Virus record (IMG/VR): IMGVR_UViG_3300021513_000001
Location: 50,333 to 114,332 of that record
Reading direction: 5' to 3' (one strand)
Length of the DNA: 64,000 nucleotides
DNA from: a virus
Shown: in pieces, positions 20,964 through 31,991 of the stretch
How the letters are laid out: the number at the start of each line of letters is the position of its first letter
Position numbering within the stretch: position 1 is the stretch's first letter
Notes under the pieces: generated by a model
Databases searched by the model: none
Told to the model about the DNA's origin: nothing
Seen by the model: the letters and a program-made list of their open reading frames with translations, nothing else
Made by a program: the position numbers and the translations under genes

Positions 20964-22499
20964 TTAACTATAATCAAAATAAACTCTATAATTAATACTT
21001 GAGTTACTCCCCGTTTCATCTGCTCCCAACCTAATACAAACAAATATAAAATCACTAACTAAAGCCCCATTATAGTTACCTATAGGCTCAGAATCATCTG
21101 CAGTAGCAACAACACTTAAATTGGCCTTATTAGCATACAAATAATTAGGAAGCGTTCCGCTAAGATCTGAAGCAACAACATTCGTTCTCCATTCTTTTCC
21201 TGTAGTAGGACTAGCTCCAGCTGTATTTTTTGCACCAATTGTTCCAAACCGAAAATACGTATCACCAGTACCATGATAACTAAATGACCCGTGATTTTGT
21301 AATCCAAATTTAACAGAATTCATCATTACAGCGCCACCAATAATCTCAAACAAAACACATTTAACCGGGGATTCAGTAGTAACTGTAACATTTCCGTAAT
21401 TTAAACTACTTATATTATAATTTGTAGGTTGAGGACCTACATTTACTATCCTAAATTCATCTCCGGCTTCTAAGTTGTTAGTTCCGTTAATAAACTTTAT
21501 ATACAAACCCCTTGTTCCAACACGAACCCAGGAAGAAGAAGAAGTAGTTATAGGAGAACTACACTCATCGCCCCTATTAGAAGTCCAAACATACTTAGCC
21601 GTACCAACAGGAGCTGTTGCATTACCTTCAACAGCCTGCACCGGTTTAGTACATGTAATAGACCAATTATCACCATCACCAAATACAGCATCAGACCATT
21701 TAACCTTCAACCCATGAGTACCTACATTATACCAATGATCTGGGTATAATATTTCAACAGGACCGCCATCATCAAAAGAATCAGTACTGGTCCAACTAAA
21801 CTTTGGAACATTTCCTGTACCACCGCCCGCAGTAAGGCCGTTGGTACCATCTATAGTTATCGTATACGTAGGATCAGATTTAGAATGATTATATTGCCCA
21901 CCAGCAGTAAAAGTACCAGAATACTCATTAGACCCACCAGGAGTTGGAGACCCTATAGTTGTTTCTTTGTTTATAATTATGCTATATTCTTCATCAAACA
22001 TCCCCTCCCAAGTTCCAGATACTGCTATACCGCCATTAAAAAAATTACTTGCCTTGTATGTATTTCCAGCACCCTGCGTAGGAGTATTAGATGTAAATCC
22101 TAATGTATCAAAAACAGTATTAGTACCTGAAGTAACAGCTACACTAGAAGCTGCTCCAATATTTCCAGAGTAAATATTAAACTTATTATTTTCCCATAAA
22201 CAAACAGCATGCACCCAACTATCATTTGAGGGTTGTGCCGCGTGCATTTTCTCAGTTATATCTTTAGCAACAAATCTTGCATCTAAATTAACTCCAGATG
22301 TAAGTGTAATATTATGATATCCAGAGCCGTCTATATTTATACCCAATATGTTATTGGTTGGACCTATAGTAAATTTATCTCCAACACTGCTATTAGCCTT
22401 TACTTTACCTCTAGTTCCAACACCACTTGTTGTAGCTCCCAAATATGTAGAAGTAGCAGCAGCTACTGAATATTCAACCCACCTTGTCTCGGCTGCCAT
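20964..22499 (-). CDS. Virion structural protein (511 aa, G/T/S/N-rich), probably an abundant tail appendage or decoration subunit
   Basis: Strong GGAGG RBS and a downstream terminator. N-terminal domain shared with the 312-aa protein. Internal repeat (FSWTSTDS...VGTHGLKVKW / YVWTSNRG...VGTRGLYIKF). Ends YRVYFDYS. Confidence 0.7.
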   Translation of the reverse strand: MAAETRWVEYSVAAATSTYLGATTSGVGTRGKVKANSSVGDKFTIGPTNNILGINIDGSGYHNITLTSGVNLDARFVAKDITEKMHAAQPSNDSWVHAVCLWENNKFNIYSGNIGAASSVAVTSGTNTVFDTLGFTSNTPTQGAGNTYKASNFFNGGIAVSGTWEGMFDEEYSIIINKETTIGSPTPGGSNEYSGTFTAGGQYNHSKSDPTYTITIDGTNGLTAGGGTGNVPKFSWTSTDSFDDGGPVEILYPDHWYNVGTHGLKVKWSDAVFGDGDNWSITCTKPVQAVEGNATAPVGTAKYVWTSNRGDECSSPITTSSSSWVRVGTRGLYIKFINGTNNLEAGDEFRIVNVGPQPTNYNISSLNYGNVTVTTESPVKCVLFEIIGGAVMMNSVKFGLQNHGSFSYHGTGDTYFRFGTIGAKNTAGASPTTGKEWRTNVVASDLSGTLPNYLYANKANLSVVATADDSEPIGNYNGALVSDFIFVCIRLGADETGSNSSINYRVYFDYS

Positions 22500-22570
22500 A
22501 ATTAAATAACCTCCAAAAATAATCTTATTAAAATTTAAGACATTACCTACTAACTAAACAGTTAGTTAAC

Positions 22571-25537
22571 CTACAATCCATCATTTCTTATAATAAATTC
22601 AAACTCAAACGGGTCCATAACATTTCCAGATAAATCCTTACATTCAATACGAACAGTATAACTACCTCCATTATAAAAATTAGTCGTTATTGGATTAATG
22701 CTTGCTAACAAATCATTACGATCAAGACCAATACCAAAAATAGAAGCACCGAGATTTTTACGCTTATATTTTTCAATTCTTACATATATGCTTTCAGAAG
22801 AAAAGCTTGGAAAAATATCAACATTGTTTTCTGCAATCATCAGCATAGGTATTAATTTTTCATACTCATGTTTAACTATATGATAAATATTATAATAATA
22901 TCTTTTTCCATATTTCAAAAAATAGGAAGAAACATTTATATCACCTCGCGTATTAACAACATATACTATAATTTCAACATACTCTAATGGTTCAAGGAGA
23001 CTAATGTCATAACACCAAGAAACAGAATATCCTCTGGAAATTTTACTAAACTGTAAAACATCAACATAATTTCCAGTTATTATATTAGTATTCATATATA
23101 TATTTATTCCACTTTCTGTTACGCCATAATGTTTATCATAGACATCAACATTAAAACAAAAATCAGGAGTACCAAAACTAAAATTATCTACATTTATATT
23201 GAAATTTTCTATTATAACGGTATTAAGTTTTACCTCAAAACCATAGTCATCAACATCTAATAACGAACAACAAGTATTACATACATAACTCGATAATGCA
23301 CCACTAATAACTTGAATATCGGAAAAATAATAAGGAAAAACACCAGATACACTACAAACTATTGAGGAATAAAAATCATTATATACTTCATCAGAAACTT
23401 TTACATCTGAAAAAAACCTGACTAAACTACCCCTATCTGTTTTCGTTTCTGTCTTTACGTCACAACGACTTGCTGTTGAACATATTACATTCACTTCATG
23501 TGGAAAATATTTCCAATTTGACAAAACAAAATCAACATCAACATTTGTATACATATCGTTTTTAGACTCAACAACAAACTTAGTAGCAACATCAACATAG
23601 TATCCTTGATATAACTCCCCTAACCAAAAATCAATATAAATGTCATCAAACCAAGAATCAACTATAACATCAAAACAAAATTCTACCTGCTTAGATATAA
23701 TTCCACTACCTGATAAATCTCCCCACAAAAATTCCACGGGCTTTTCTAAATACATCGATTTTAAGTCTGCAATATCGTAATAACCATACTCTGTAGTAGT
23801 CAAACTCACACTATCCTTATCATGCAAAGCAGTTTTAAAATCAGATATAACATCTAAATATCCATCTTTTTTATTACCAACAACAAAATCTATTTCATTA
23901 TTTATACTAAACTTATTAAAATCATTTACTTTTATTACATAATTTTTGTTTATAATTCCAGAACTATGTGTAAGTTTTAATACAGTATAAAGCTCCGAAG
24001 GAGAACCAAAATATTTAGTAAAAATGGAATCGTATTTTAAACCAGAAACATGCCAATGACCCCCATTATCAAAAGAAACTGAGTATACAACACCAGAACA
24101 ACTATTAGATTCGAATATTACCTCATCTCCTGAAAATATAACTTCTGGCCAATTGGTTAAATAACCATTAATCATATTATTATCATACCCGGATTCTCTA
24201 AAAAAATTACTATTATCATATATAGTATTATGTAAATAATATGAATACAAAGGAGGTTTTGGCGGCAACAAAAATAAATCAAAAAAATAACATTCAATAG
24301 AATATCCACTAGAACCGCTTCCACCCAAACGTATTTCAGAAATACTAAATGTCCGTTTTATTACTAACTTAGTTAATCCATTTATAACAATATATGTATT
24401 AGACCCGTCACAAGTTATACTAAAAGTAGAACACTCATTAAAATATAACTTAGAACTAACACTATATTCATTTCCATTAATTTTAGCAACCAAAGACCCG
24501 TCTGAATATACATATACGTAATTATCAGACGAAAAATAAACGAGATAACCTTCTCCAAATAACAAATAACAATTAAAAAATAAAGTAAAAGAAGATTTAC
24601 TTATACTGCATGACACATATGTAGTACCGCCAAGAATTTTAACAGCATAAGTATCGCAAATAGGTTGATGAAGTGCTGCACTATGATTAGAAAAATTCGG
24701 CCCTATTTTAGAAATTAAAGAAGTAGTATCTAAAAAATTCACAATATAAGCATCGTCAAAAACATACTCTAAAAATCCAATACCTGTATGAATTATAACA
24801 TCATCTATATGCCAATAGTCACTAGAAGCATTTCCACGTGTTTGTCTGAACCTTATCCTAAACTCATTATGTAAAGAATCCTCAAACAACGTATGAATTT
24901 TATCATAAATTTGTCCAGGAGTACCGTTACCATAAAAAATATCCAATTGAACCCAATCGCTCTCATTATTTAAATACTCGACTATAAGATTTTCATTTGA
25001 ATCAGGATCTTCACTAAAAGAATCACTTCCTCTTCTAATCCAATAAAAAACAACTATAGGAACTACAACATTAATAGCCTTTGATGTTACACAAACAGCA
25101 CCAGACCTGGTATACATTGAGTAAATCCCTGATTTAGCAGTATGACTGCCAACACCAGCAACACCATTACCGCTTTTTACCCACCCGTTTGTATCTAAAC
25201 TACCGCTTTCAAAATCGTCTTCAAATAATTTTATATTATTTTCAATTTCAACACCATCATAATAAATAAACAAACTAGTATAATTTATATCATCAATAAA
25301 TATAATTTTAACATAATATTCTATTTTATCCACTTCTGGAAAAAATGTTTTACAAGAATAACAAAGAATATTACCATCAACATCAACAAAACTTATATAA
25401 TAATTTTTCTCAATTAAATATGGAATTACTTGGTTGGGTATTCTAACAACTATGACCTGGTTATAAGCATTATACCCAAAATTAGAAGGCTTTATTAGTA
25501 ATTCTAGTCTTTTTGAAAATTGAGGTAAGTGCCACAC
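22571..25537 (-). CDS. Tail fibre/adhesin (988 aa) with a DUF2341-like N-terminus, a jelly-roll carbohydrate-binding module, a LamG-like domain and an Ig-like C-terminus
   Basis: GTG start. N-terminal W...KRLELLI...ISFVDVDGNILCY...YYVKI...LFIYYDG resembles DUF2341. FEDDFESG...FRIRFRQ...DYWHIDDV module. C-terminal YTVRIECKDLSGNVM Ig-like strand. Confidence 0.65.
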   Translation of the reverse strand: MWHLPQFSKRLELLIKPSNFGYNAYNQVIVVRIPNQVIPYLIEKNYYISFVDVDGNILCYSCKTFFPEVDKIEYYVKIIFIDDINYTSLFIYYDGVEIENNIKLFEDDFESGSLDTNGWVKSGNGVAGVGSHTAKSGIYSMYTRSGAVCVTSKAINVVVPIVVFYWIRRGSDSFSEDPDSNENLIVEYLNNESDWVQLDIFYGNGTPGQIYDKIHTLFEDSLHNEFRIRFRQTRGNASSDYWHIDDVIIHTGIGFLEYVFDDAYIVNFLDTTSLISKIGPNFSNHSAALHQPICDTYAVKILGGTTYVSCSISKSSFTLFFNCYLLFGEGYLVYFSSDNYVYVYSDGSLVAKINGNEYSVSSKLYFNECSTFSITCDGSNTYIVINGLTKLVIKRTFSISEIRLGGSGSSGYSIECYFFDLFLLPPKPPLYSYYLHNTIYDNSNFFRESGYDNNMINGYLTNWPEVIFSGDEVIFESNSCSGVVYSVSFDNGGHWHVSGLKYDSIFTKYFGSPSELYTVLKLTHSSGIINKNYVIKVNDFNKFSINNEIDFVVGNKKDGYLDVISDFKTALHDKDSVSLTTTEYGYYDIADLKSMYLEKPVEFLWGDLSGSGIISKQVEFCFDVIVDSWFDDIYIDFWLGELYQGYYVDVATKFVVESKNDMYTNVDVDFVLSNWKYFPHEVNVICSTASRCDVKTETKTDRGSLVRFFSDVKVSDEVYNDFYSSIVCSVSGVFPYYFSDIQVISGALSSYVCNTCCSLLDVDDYGFEVKLNTVIIENFNINVDNFSFGTPDFCFNVDVYDKHYGVTESGINIYMNTNIITGNYVDVLQFSKISRGYSVSWCYDISLLEPLEYVEIIVYVVNTRGDINVSSYFLKYGKRYYYNIYHIVKHEYEKLIPMLMIAENNVDIFPSFSSESIYVRIEKYKRKNLGASIFGIGLDRNDLLASINPITTNFYNGGSYTVRIECKDLSGNVMDPFEFEFIIRNDGL

Positions 25538-25548
25538 GACGTTGGCCT

Positions 25549-27123
25549 CTAAGTGTACTGATAATGAAATGTAATCACAAAATCATAGTTACCCGGATCA
25601 AATATAGAACTACTTATAGTAGAAATTCTCGGTCTAATAGAAAGCATGTCACCTATTATATTAGGCTCTTTAACATAGTATACTAAATTAAATTTTCCAT
25701 AATATAACTCATTTCCTTTTATTGGAAAATCAGACACGTAATCATATACAGGATCTATAGTAGTACTTTGCTGATCTTGACTAGGCCAACCACCAGAATC
25801 AGGAGACCTATAAACACAGGCAGATAACTTACATAATTCATTTTTAAGAACAGTGTTTAAAACAGAAGAGTGCGTTGCATCATCCCACGCAGTTACATAA
25901 CAATTATAGGCTTCGCCAAATTTCATAAACAAATGTAAAGTATCACTAAAGTGACAGTCCTCTTTATAGATAGGAAACTTATAAAATAAACCTTTATTTA
26001 TTTCAACAGGATCTGGGCTCACATCAACAATATAATCTCCAACAGAGGAACCAAACATACAAATAGGATAACTATCTAACTGATCAATTAAACCTATTTC
26101 ATTTACATCATCAAAACACAAATAGCTATTCCAATATTTTATATCATTAATACAACCCCTAAAAGTAGAAGTATAACCAAAAGAAGTATTACCTATACAA
26201 ATATTACCAGACCCGACGGTTCCACTTACCATAGAATTATGTAATAAAAGACTATTATTCTTATACAAATAAAATCCACTATTTTGATCATAAGAAACAA
26301 CTATATGATTAAAAACCCCAGAAGATACAGTACTACCTGTATCAGATTTATATTCAGCAACATCTGTCTTAATAGAATACGTTATAGTATTATCTTTTGA
26401 ACAACCTACAGAAAAATATGTTCCACTAGTTACAACATTAATAAAAGTAGAATTATAACCAAAACTATCAATTCCAGAAGAAACCGCCCCATAATTATCA
26501 ACATAAAAAGAAAAACAAAAATCACCATCCAATGAAAAATCAGCATTACTGTATATTAAACTGTCAGCATCACCATCAAATTCTGGAGCATAAAATTCAA
26601 AAGAAGGGTAATAAACAGGAACAACGCCGCCAGAAGAAACTAAAGCAAAAGAACCAACAGAATCAGAAAAATCTGGATAAGATGACCCTTCTTCATTTAA
26701 TTTCCACCAACTATCAACTGCTGGGGTTATTGATGTTGCTTCAAACCTTTTTCCACTTACAGTAGGATTTGGAAACCACTGACCTTGCACAGCAGAAGGC
26801 CTCTCAGATAAATATATTTTATTAAATGGGCTTATTGCCTTTTCCGCCACCTTAACGCGGTTTGCCTTATAATCATCATAATCATAAACATTTACGATCG
26901 CAGAATACTCCATACTCTCGTCTTGCGCACATGCAATCTTATGCATTTTATTTCTAATTTGATCTTCAATCCAAGTACCAACATTAACCTCACCTGCAAC
27001 TATATGAGACCGTGTCCCGGCTGGACTTTGATCGTCCATATTAGGACTAGTGAACACAAACTTTGGATTGTTGATATCCTTCCAACCGTTTCTGTTAAAA
27101 TATAATGTGAACCCTACTGCCAT
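25549..27123 (-). CDS. LamG/ConA-like domain structural protein (about 524 aa)
   Basis: LamG signature WWKLNEEG...EFDGDADSL...FNHIVVSYD...FYLYKN...FRGCINDIKYWNSYL. Preferred start is ATG 27123 with an AGGAG RBS; the track start 27156 overlaps the upstream gene. Confidence 0.75.
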   Translation of the reverse strand: MAVGFTLYFNRNGWKDINNPKFVFTSPNMDDQSPAGTRSHIVAGEVNVGTWIEDQIRNKMHKIACAQDESMEYSAIVNVYDYDDYKANRVKVAEKAISPFNKIYLSERPSAVQGQWFPNPTVSGKRFEATSITPAVDSWWKLNEEGSSYPDFSDSVGSFALVSSGGVVPVYYPSFEFYAPEFDGDADSLIYSNADFSLDGDFCFSFYVDNYGAVSSGIDSFGYNSTFINVVTSGTYFSVGCSKDNTITYSIKTDVAEYKSDTGSTVSSGVFNHIVVSYDQNSGFYLYKNNSLLLHNSMVSGTVGSGNICIGNTSFGYTSTFRGCINDIKYWNSYLCFDDVNEIGLIDQLDSYPICMFGSSVGDYIVDVSPDPVEINKGLFYKFPIYKEDCHFSDTLHLFMKFGEAYNCYVTAWDDATHSSVLNTVLKNELCKLSACVYRSPDSGGWPSQDQQSTTIDPVYDYVSDFPIKGNELYYGKFNLVYYVKEPNIIGDMLSIRPRISTISSSIFDPGNYDFVITFHYQYT

Positions 27124-27134
27124 TATGACTCCTA

Positions 27135-27569
27135 CTAAAAAATAGACCATTTCCAACTGTTTGTTATCTCAGCCGGAATCGGTTCCGTATATAATTTTAT
27201 ATCACCTATTCTTTCTCCAGAAATAGGATTAGTCCTTAATGCTACCCTATGTACATATACGCAATTATCGGCCAACCCCTTAATATACGTATAATGATAG
27301 TTTTTATTATTTAACCAGCCGTTTTTATCAATACTTAAACTTACTTCTACCAAATGCAAATAAGCCTTATAACGAGGTATGTTTATAATTTTTTTTGTTG
27401 ATAAGTGATAGCTGAGCCTAACAATTCCATGATTTAAATCATCCCAGCCTGTTATATCTAATCCTGTACCCTTAACTACCTTATCAATATACTTAGCAAC
27501 AAAATAAGTTTCCCTTTGATCTACTTGAGTTATTTTGTTATATTTTCCATACTTTGTTATATCTTCCAT
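27135..27569 (-). CDS. Hypothetical protein (144 aa)
   Basis: ORF with an AGGAG RBS, in the operon. Confidence 0.7.
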   Translation of the reverse strand: MEDITKYGKYNKITQVDQRETYFVAKYIDKVVKGTGLDITGWDDLNHGIVRLSYHLSTKKIINIPRYKAYLHLVEVSLSIDKNGWLNNKNYHYTYIKGLADNCVYVHRVALRTNPISGERIGDIKLYTEPIPAEITNSWKWSIF

Positions 27570-27658
27570 AAAAATCTCCTAAACCCAATCCTCTAAATAT
27601 AAATTAATGCTGTTTTTGTTTTTTAATAATTTGTTATTTGTCATTATTACTAACCCTA

Positions 27659-28300
27659 TTATGAATACAAGTATCGAAGACTTAAAACCGGAATAGAAAC
27701 AAAAGTTGACGAATCATGTGGTATCTCTATACATATATTAAAATATAAAACAGTATCCGAAACAGATGAAACATTCGATAGCTCGATACGATTACTATAC
27801 CCTCTTAATGATGTAGCAGAAGTATGCCAAAAATCCCCTGGGTAATCATAAGTAGTTGTCTTTGCTTTTATAAAAGATGTATAATTATTAGACAAAGTAC
27901 CTGATAATACAGGCAAATTAGTTGTAGTATGAGTCATATCATCCCAAGCTTCAAGGTATAACTTGCTTGTAATTGTACCACCCACATATACAGCAAACGC
28001 ATACCTATAATTATGACACCCTGCCAACGGTACCCTATACATATAATCATCATATTCAATAAAAGTATATGGAACAATAGTACTTCCAGATTCAGGTCTT
28101 ATTGTAGCAGATCTTGTTCCAGAAGCATATGTACCGCTGCACATATCTTCTATACCACCTCCTGTAAAAACAATAGTACCATTGCATGTTCCACTAATTA
28201 CAGGATAAAATGTTCCGTCAGAATTTCCACCAGCTGAAAAATTATATTCTACATCGTTCGCTGTTGAGTTATACAAAAGTTTTATGGTTGGCTGTGACAT
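27659..28300 (-). CDS. Structural protein (213 aa), paralogous to the flanks of the LamG protein
   Basis: Shares the AWDDxTH motif and a C-terminal YxY(S/T) strand with 25549..27123. Confidence 0.65.
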   Translation of the reverse strand: MSQPTIKLLYNSTANDVEYNFSAGGNSDGTFYPVISGTCNGTIVFTGGGIEDMCSGTYASGTRSATIRPESGSTIVPYTFIEYDDYMYRVPLAGCHNYRYAFAVYVGGTITSKLYLEAWDDMTHTTTNLPVLSGTLSNNYTSFIKAKTTTYDYPGDFWHTSATSLRGYSNRIELSNVSSVSDTVLYFNICIEIPHDSSTFVSIPVLSLRYLYS

Positions 28301-28307
28301 ATTTTTT

Positions 28308-30731
28308 TTACCTAATTCTCTTAATAACAGGCTTCACTATAATTTCGGCAAGCTTATTATCTAAAAATAATTTTACTGTATCATATTTAACACCGCCTCC
28401 AGTATCAAAAACATCAAAATAAAAACTAAATCTATTATCAACAATATCAGCACATATGTCTTCTGGAAATATCTCTGGCTTATCAGATTCTTCAATATAA
28501 AATTTGCAAGATTTTGACATTAAATTTCCGCTATAATCAAAAGCTTTAATATTCAAAGAAACACCAGCTCCACTATTAAAATCTACAGCAGGATGATATG
28601 ACAACGCATACCCACCAGAAACAGTATAAACAGTAGGTATTACTGGTACCCCATCTAATATTAATTCAATAGTATCTGGATTAATACCTATACCTTCACC
28701 ATCACCAATAACCGCATAAATATCTATATTTTTTGGAACATCTGTAGCACTACAAGCAGGAGAAGTAGTTATAACATTAGGAGGAATATAATCGTCAATT
28801 ACATCAAAATAACAATTAAATCTAAATAAATTTTTAGGAGAATCTGTATCATATATACTCAAATAACAATATATTCGTGAAGAAAACTTATACAATGGGT
28901 CTGGAAAATAAATAAATTTTATTGAATATCTTCCACCTCCAAGGTCTATAAGTGTCATTGTACCAACGCTAGATACATCTTTAAAACCAGAATCATAGTT
29001 AAAAATACTATTTATCTCCCTAATTTTAAAAGAAAAAGAAGAAACATCAAAAGCATGAACTTGCGGAGAAATAAGAAACTCTATAACAACGCCTCTAGAG
29101 TTTTTTGTGCTATAACATTCCGGTAAAAAATAACTCAAAAAATCAAATATAGAAACAACAACAATACTATTTATTGGATCGTTAATATATGCAGATTCTG
29201 TATTAAAAACCAAACCATTAGATTCTATAGAATGCCCAGCATCTAAACTTACCTTATTTTCACCTAACTTGCTTGATATGCTAGTAACCCTCCCACCTGA
29301 TACAATACTTGCAACACTTTTAACTTCTATATCTTCTTGACAAAATCTTTCTAAAAAACCAACAGCCCCATCAGATTTAAGATCATTAGAATAAAAACTT
29401 TCTACAACCTCAGAAACAACATCACCGTAACTAAAAACTAAACCCTGTGATACAGAATCACTAAGAATTTTTATATAATTATTTCCATACACATAATCGG
29501 AACTTCTCCAAGCAAAAGTAGAATCAGCGTAAGCCGTTACAGTCTGAGTTAAATCGTCCCCCAAAGTATAGATAGTATGTGCTTCTCCACTTACATTTGT
29601 AGAAACATCGTTAACGGAAAAACTTCCATTTAAATCTGATGTTTTGAATCTAGCTATAACATTACTAACCGGAATTGCATATTGATCTAAAATTTTTGCT
29701 GTAACTTTTATTTTATTCTCCTCAACATAACCTCCAAACCTAACTTGAGAACTATTAATATATCTAACAAAAGAATTTTTAACTAAATTATAAGTACTTA
29801 AACTCTCAATAGAACAATCAAAATTATTAAAAGTAACTAAATCTTTTTGTAAAGTATAAAATAAATCATTAGATACAATAATAATACCATAAACTCCCTT
29901 ATAATTACCACATCTCTGATAAGAATACAAAATATTTGACACTTTATACGTATCTAAATCAACTATATATATACCATAGTTAGAACATAAATACAGCTTA
30001 CCGTTATAAAAATCAGAACAAGAAACAGCTCTAGCCTGATATATAGCTCTATAATCTTTAACAAAAAACTTTTTACTATCCAAAACATAAACAAGAGGAA
30101 CAGGTCCGTTACTTATACCTGTAGCACTAGCTACAAACAAATCTCCAACAAAAACAATATAATTTCCAGCAGCAAAACTATTATCTAAAGAATCCTTGAG
30201 ATAAACGTGATTACTTTCTATATAATCAACTTCAGTAAATGTTACATTATTCAAATGTGTTCCTATAGTAGACGGCCCTATAATACATTCTTGTCCTGGT
30301 CTTATATTATTTGTATCATCAACATTAACATAGTTTTGCCCTGCCGGAGCAGAAGCACTAACAGTTCTTACATATTTTTCTATAGAACACCCTCTAATAT
30401 CAAAACTATAATAACCAACAGTATCATATCTTACAGATTTTATTTCTTTTAAAGAAATAGTATCTAAATCTAAAATCCAACGTCTAAATGTTACACTCGA
30501 TAAACCACATTCAACTGTAAAAACTAAAGCACCATCATAATCAAAACTAGCTTTTGAAGAACAAGCAAATGTAATAAATTTTACAGGGTCTGTATAACTT
30601 GATTTAATATAAGAAGATATAACATCTCCATTATAATTTAAAGATACTAAACCAGACTCATCTATATAATAAAAAAGGCCCTCAGTTGGACCTATAGAAC
30701 ATGCTTGTGTAGAAACATTTATATTAGCCAT
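28308..30731 (-). CDS. Ig-like (Big_1 type) domain virion protein (807 aa)
   Basis: TAKILDQYAIPVSNVIARF...TNVSGEAHTIY Big_1 signature. C-terminal Ig-like repeats (GIGINPDTIELILDG; GGVKYDTVKLFLD). N-terminal half is paralogous to the 416-aa gene. Confidence 0.7.
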   Translation of the reverse strand: MANINVSTQACSIGPTEGLFYYIDESGLVSLNYNGDVISSYIKSSYTDPVKFITFACSSKASFDYDGALVFTVECGLSSVTFRRWILDLDTISLKEIKSVRYDTVGYYSFDIRGCSIEKYVRTVSASAPAGQNYVNVDDTNNIRPGQECIIGPSTIGTHLNNVTFTEVDYIESNHVYLKDSLDNSFAAGNYIVFVGDLFVASATGISNGPVPLVYVLDSKKFFVKDYRAIYQARAVSCSDFYNGKLYLCSNYGIYIVDLDTYKVSNILYSYQRCGNYKGVYGIIIVSNDLFYTLQKDLVTFNNFDCSIESLSTYNLVKNSFVRYINSSQVRFGGYVEENKIKVTAKILDQYAIPVSNVIARFKTSDLNGSFSVNDVSTNVSGEAHTIYTLGDDLTQTVTAYADSTFAWRSSDYVYGNNYIKILSDSVSQGLVFSYGDVVSEVVESFYSNDLKSDGAVGFLERFCQEDIEVKSVASIVSGGRVTSISSKLGENKVSLDAGHSIESNGLVFNTESAYINDPINSIVVVSIFDFLSYFLPECYSTKNSRGVVIEFLISPQVHAFDVSSFSFKIREINSIFNYDSGFKDVSSVGTMTLIDLGGGRYSIKFIYFPDPLYKFSSRIYCYLSIYDTDSPKNLFRFNCYFDVIDDYIPPNVITTSPACSATDVPKNIDIYAVIGDGEGIGINPDTIELILDGVPVIPTVYTVSGGYALSYHPAVDFNSGAGVSLNIKAFDYSGNLMSKSCKFYIEESDKPEIFPEDICADIVDNRFSFYFDVFDTGGGVKYDTVKLFLDNKLAEIIVKPVIKRIR

Positions 30732-30739
30732 ATTTTCAC

Positions 30740-31990
30740 TTAACTTTGATGAACAGTTGCTGTTATAGTTGCATCTCCAACAGAATCACCTGCTATATAA
30801 TTTATACTAGCTATACCATCTTGATCAGTAGTAGCATTACCTACTGATAAAGATCCAGGACCTGTTAATTCAAAATAAACAATTTTATTTGGAAAAGGCC
30901 TATTATATTGATCCAATACCGAAGCTCTTATATAAGACGTACTCAAACTATCAGCCGGCAAAATTGCTGGAGCAGAAGTAACAGATATAGAATTAACCAT
31001 TTTATCAAACTGTGCAACTTGATAATCATAACCGGTTTTTAGCATATAAATTGTAGATCCATTACTATTAGGATCTGGAACAGCAGAAGTATCCCTACCA
31101 AGAGTAAGATCATAAACTGTTTCCGGCGAACCGCCATTAATTAAATCCAAAACCATTGATCCATAAATAGCGTGTGTAGGAGAGTCAACATTAGAAAAAA
31201 ACATAAGAGTACCTTTCACAAACATAATACATGACACAAGATCGTTGTTGTTCACAATACCATCATCATTAAAATCATAAACAGCATTTCCATCCCTATC
31301 CTTTACTTGACCAAAAACAGCAGCCTTTACATTTTTAAATTGAGTTCCTGCATTTCTAGATATAACAGAACCAGACTCAAGATCGATCTCATATAAAGAT
31401 CCTTTAGAAGAATCTGTACCATCAAAGTCATTAAAATAATAACCACTTTTATAAAACCTAATTAAATCTCCAGAGTTATATGAGTACGTTAAAGGTGTTT
31501 TTACTGTAACAGTACTAGTAGTAAAACTATCAACAATTTTATCCTCGCTCTGTCCTAAAGAATTAGGACCAATAACAATACGTAAATCATTTGCTAATCT
31601 ACTACCATCAACTATAGATAGCAGTGTCTGACCAGCCCCCTCGTTAGAAGATAACTTTGTTGTATAATGTTCTACAGCAAAAGCACTACCGCTTATTGTC
31701 TCAGATGCTGTAGATATAATTTCAAATTTAGCCATTTGAACACACACCAAATCTATTATCTTCCATTTACGTATTATTACTCTAGAAGAACCCTGCTCCA
31801 AACTCCAAAAATATATACCGTCATAATCTAAAGATAAGACTTGGCTTGATACTGGAACATCTAGAATATAACAAAAGGCGGTTTCACCATCAAAAGTTTT
31901 TTTAACTAAAAGCTGCAAAGAATCATTTATAGTATAAAAATAGTTATCAAAATAAACAAAATTTGGATCTTGTAATGATATATTAGCCAT
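30740..31990 (-). CDS. Ig-like (Big_1 type) domain virion protein (416 aa)
   Basis: C-terminal ILPADSLSTSYIRASVLDQYNRP...ATTDQDGIASINYIAG...ATITATV is an invasin/intimin-type Ig pattern. YDFNDDGIVNNNDL resembles an EF-hand/dockerin-like loop. Confidence 0.75.
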   Translation of the reverse strand: MANISLQDPNFVYFDNYFYTINDSLQLLVKKTFDGETAFCYILDVPVSSQVLSLDYDGIYFWSLEQGSSRVIIRKWKIIDLVCVQMAKFEIISTASETISGSAFAVEHYTTKLSSNEGAGQTLLSIVDGSRLANDLRIVIGPNSLGQSEDKIVDSFTTSTVTVKTPLTYSYNSGDLIRFYKSGYYFNDFDGTDSSKGSLYEIDLESGSVISRNAGTQFKNVKAAVFGQVKDRDGNAVYDFNDDGIVNNNDLVSCIMFVKGTLMFFSNVDSPTHAIYGSMVLDLINGGSPETVYDLTLGRDTSAVPDPNSNGSTIYMLKTGYDYQVAQFDKMVNSISVTSAPAILPADSLSTSYIRASVLDQYNRPFPNKIVYFELTGPGSLSVGNATTDQDGIASINYIAGDSVGDATITATVHQS

Positions 31991-31991
31991 T

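Noticed and set aside
20964-22499. 511-aa protein as a contractile tail sheath
   Set aside because: Lacks recognisable sheath C-terminal motifs and lies far downstream of the tube gene. The shared domain looks like an accessory module.
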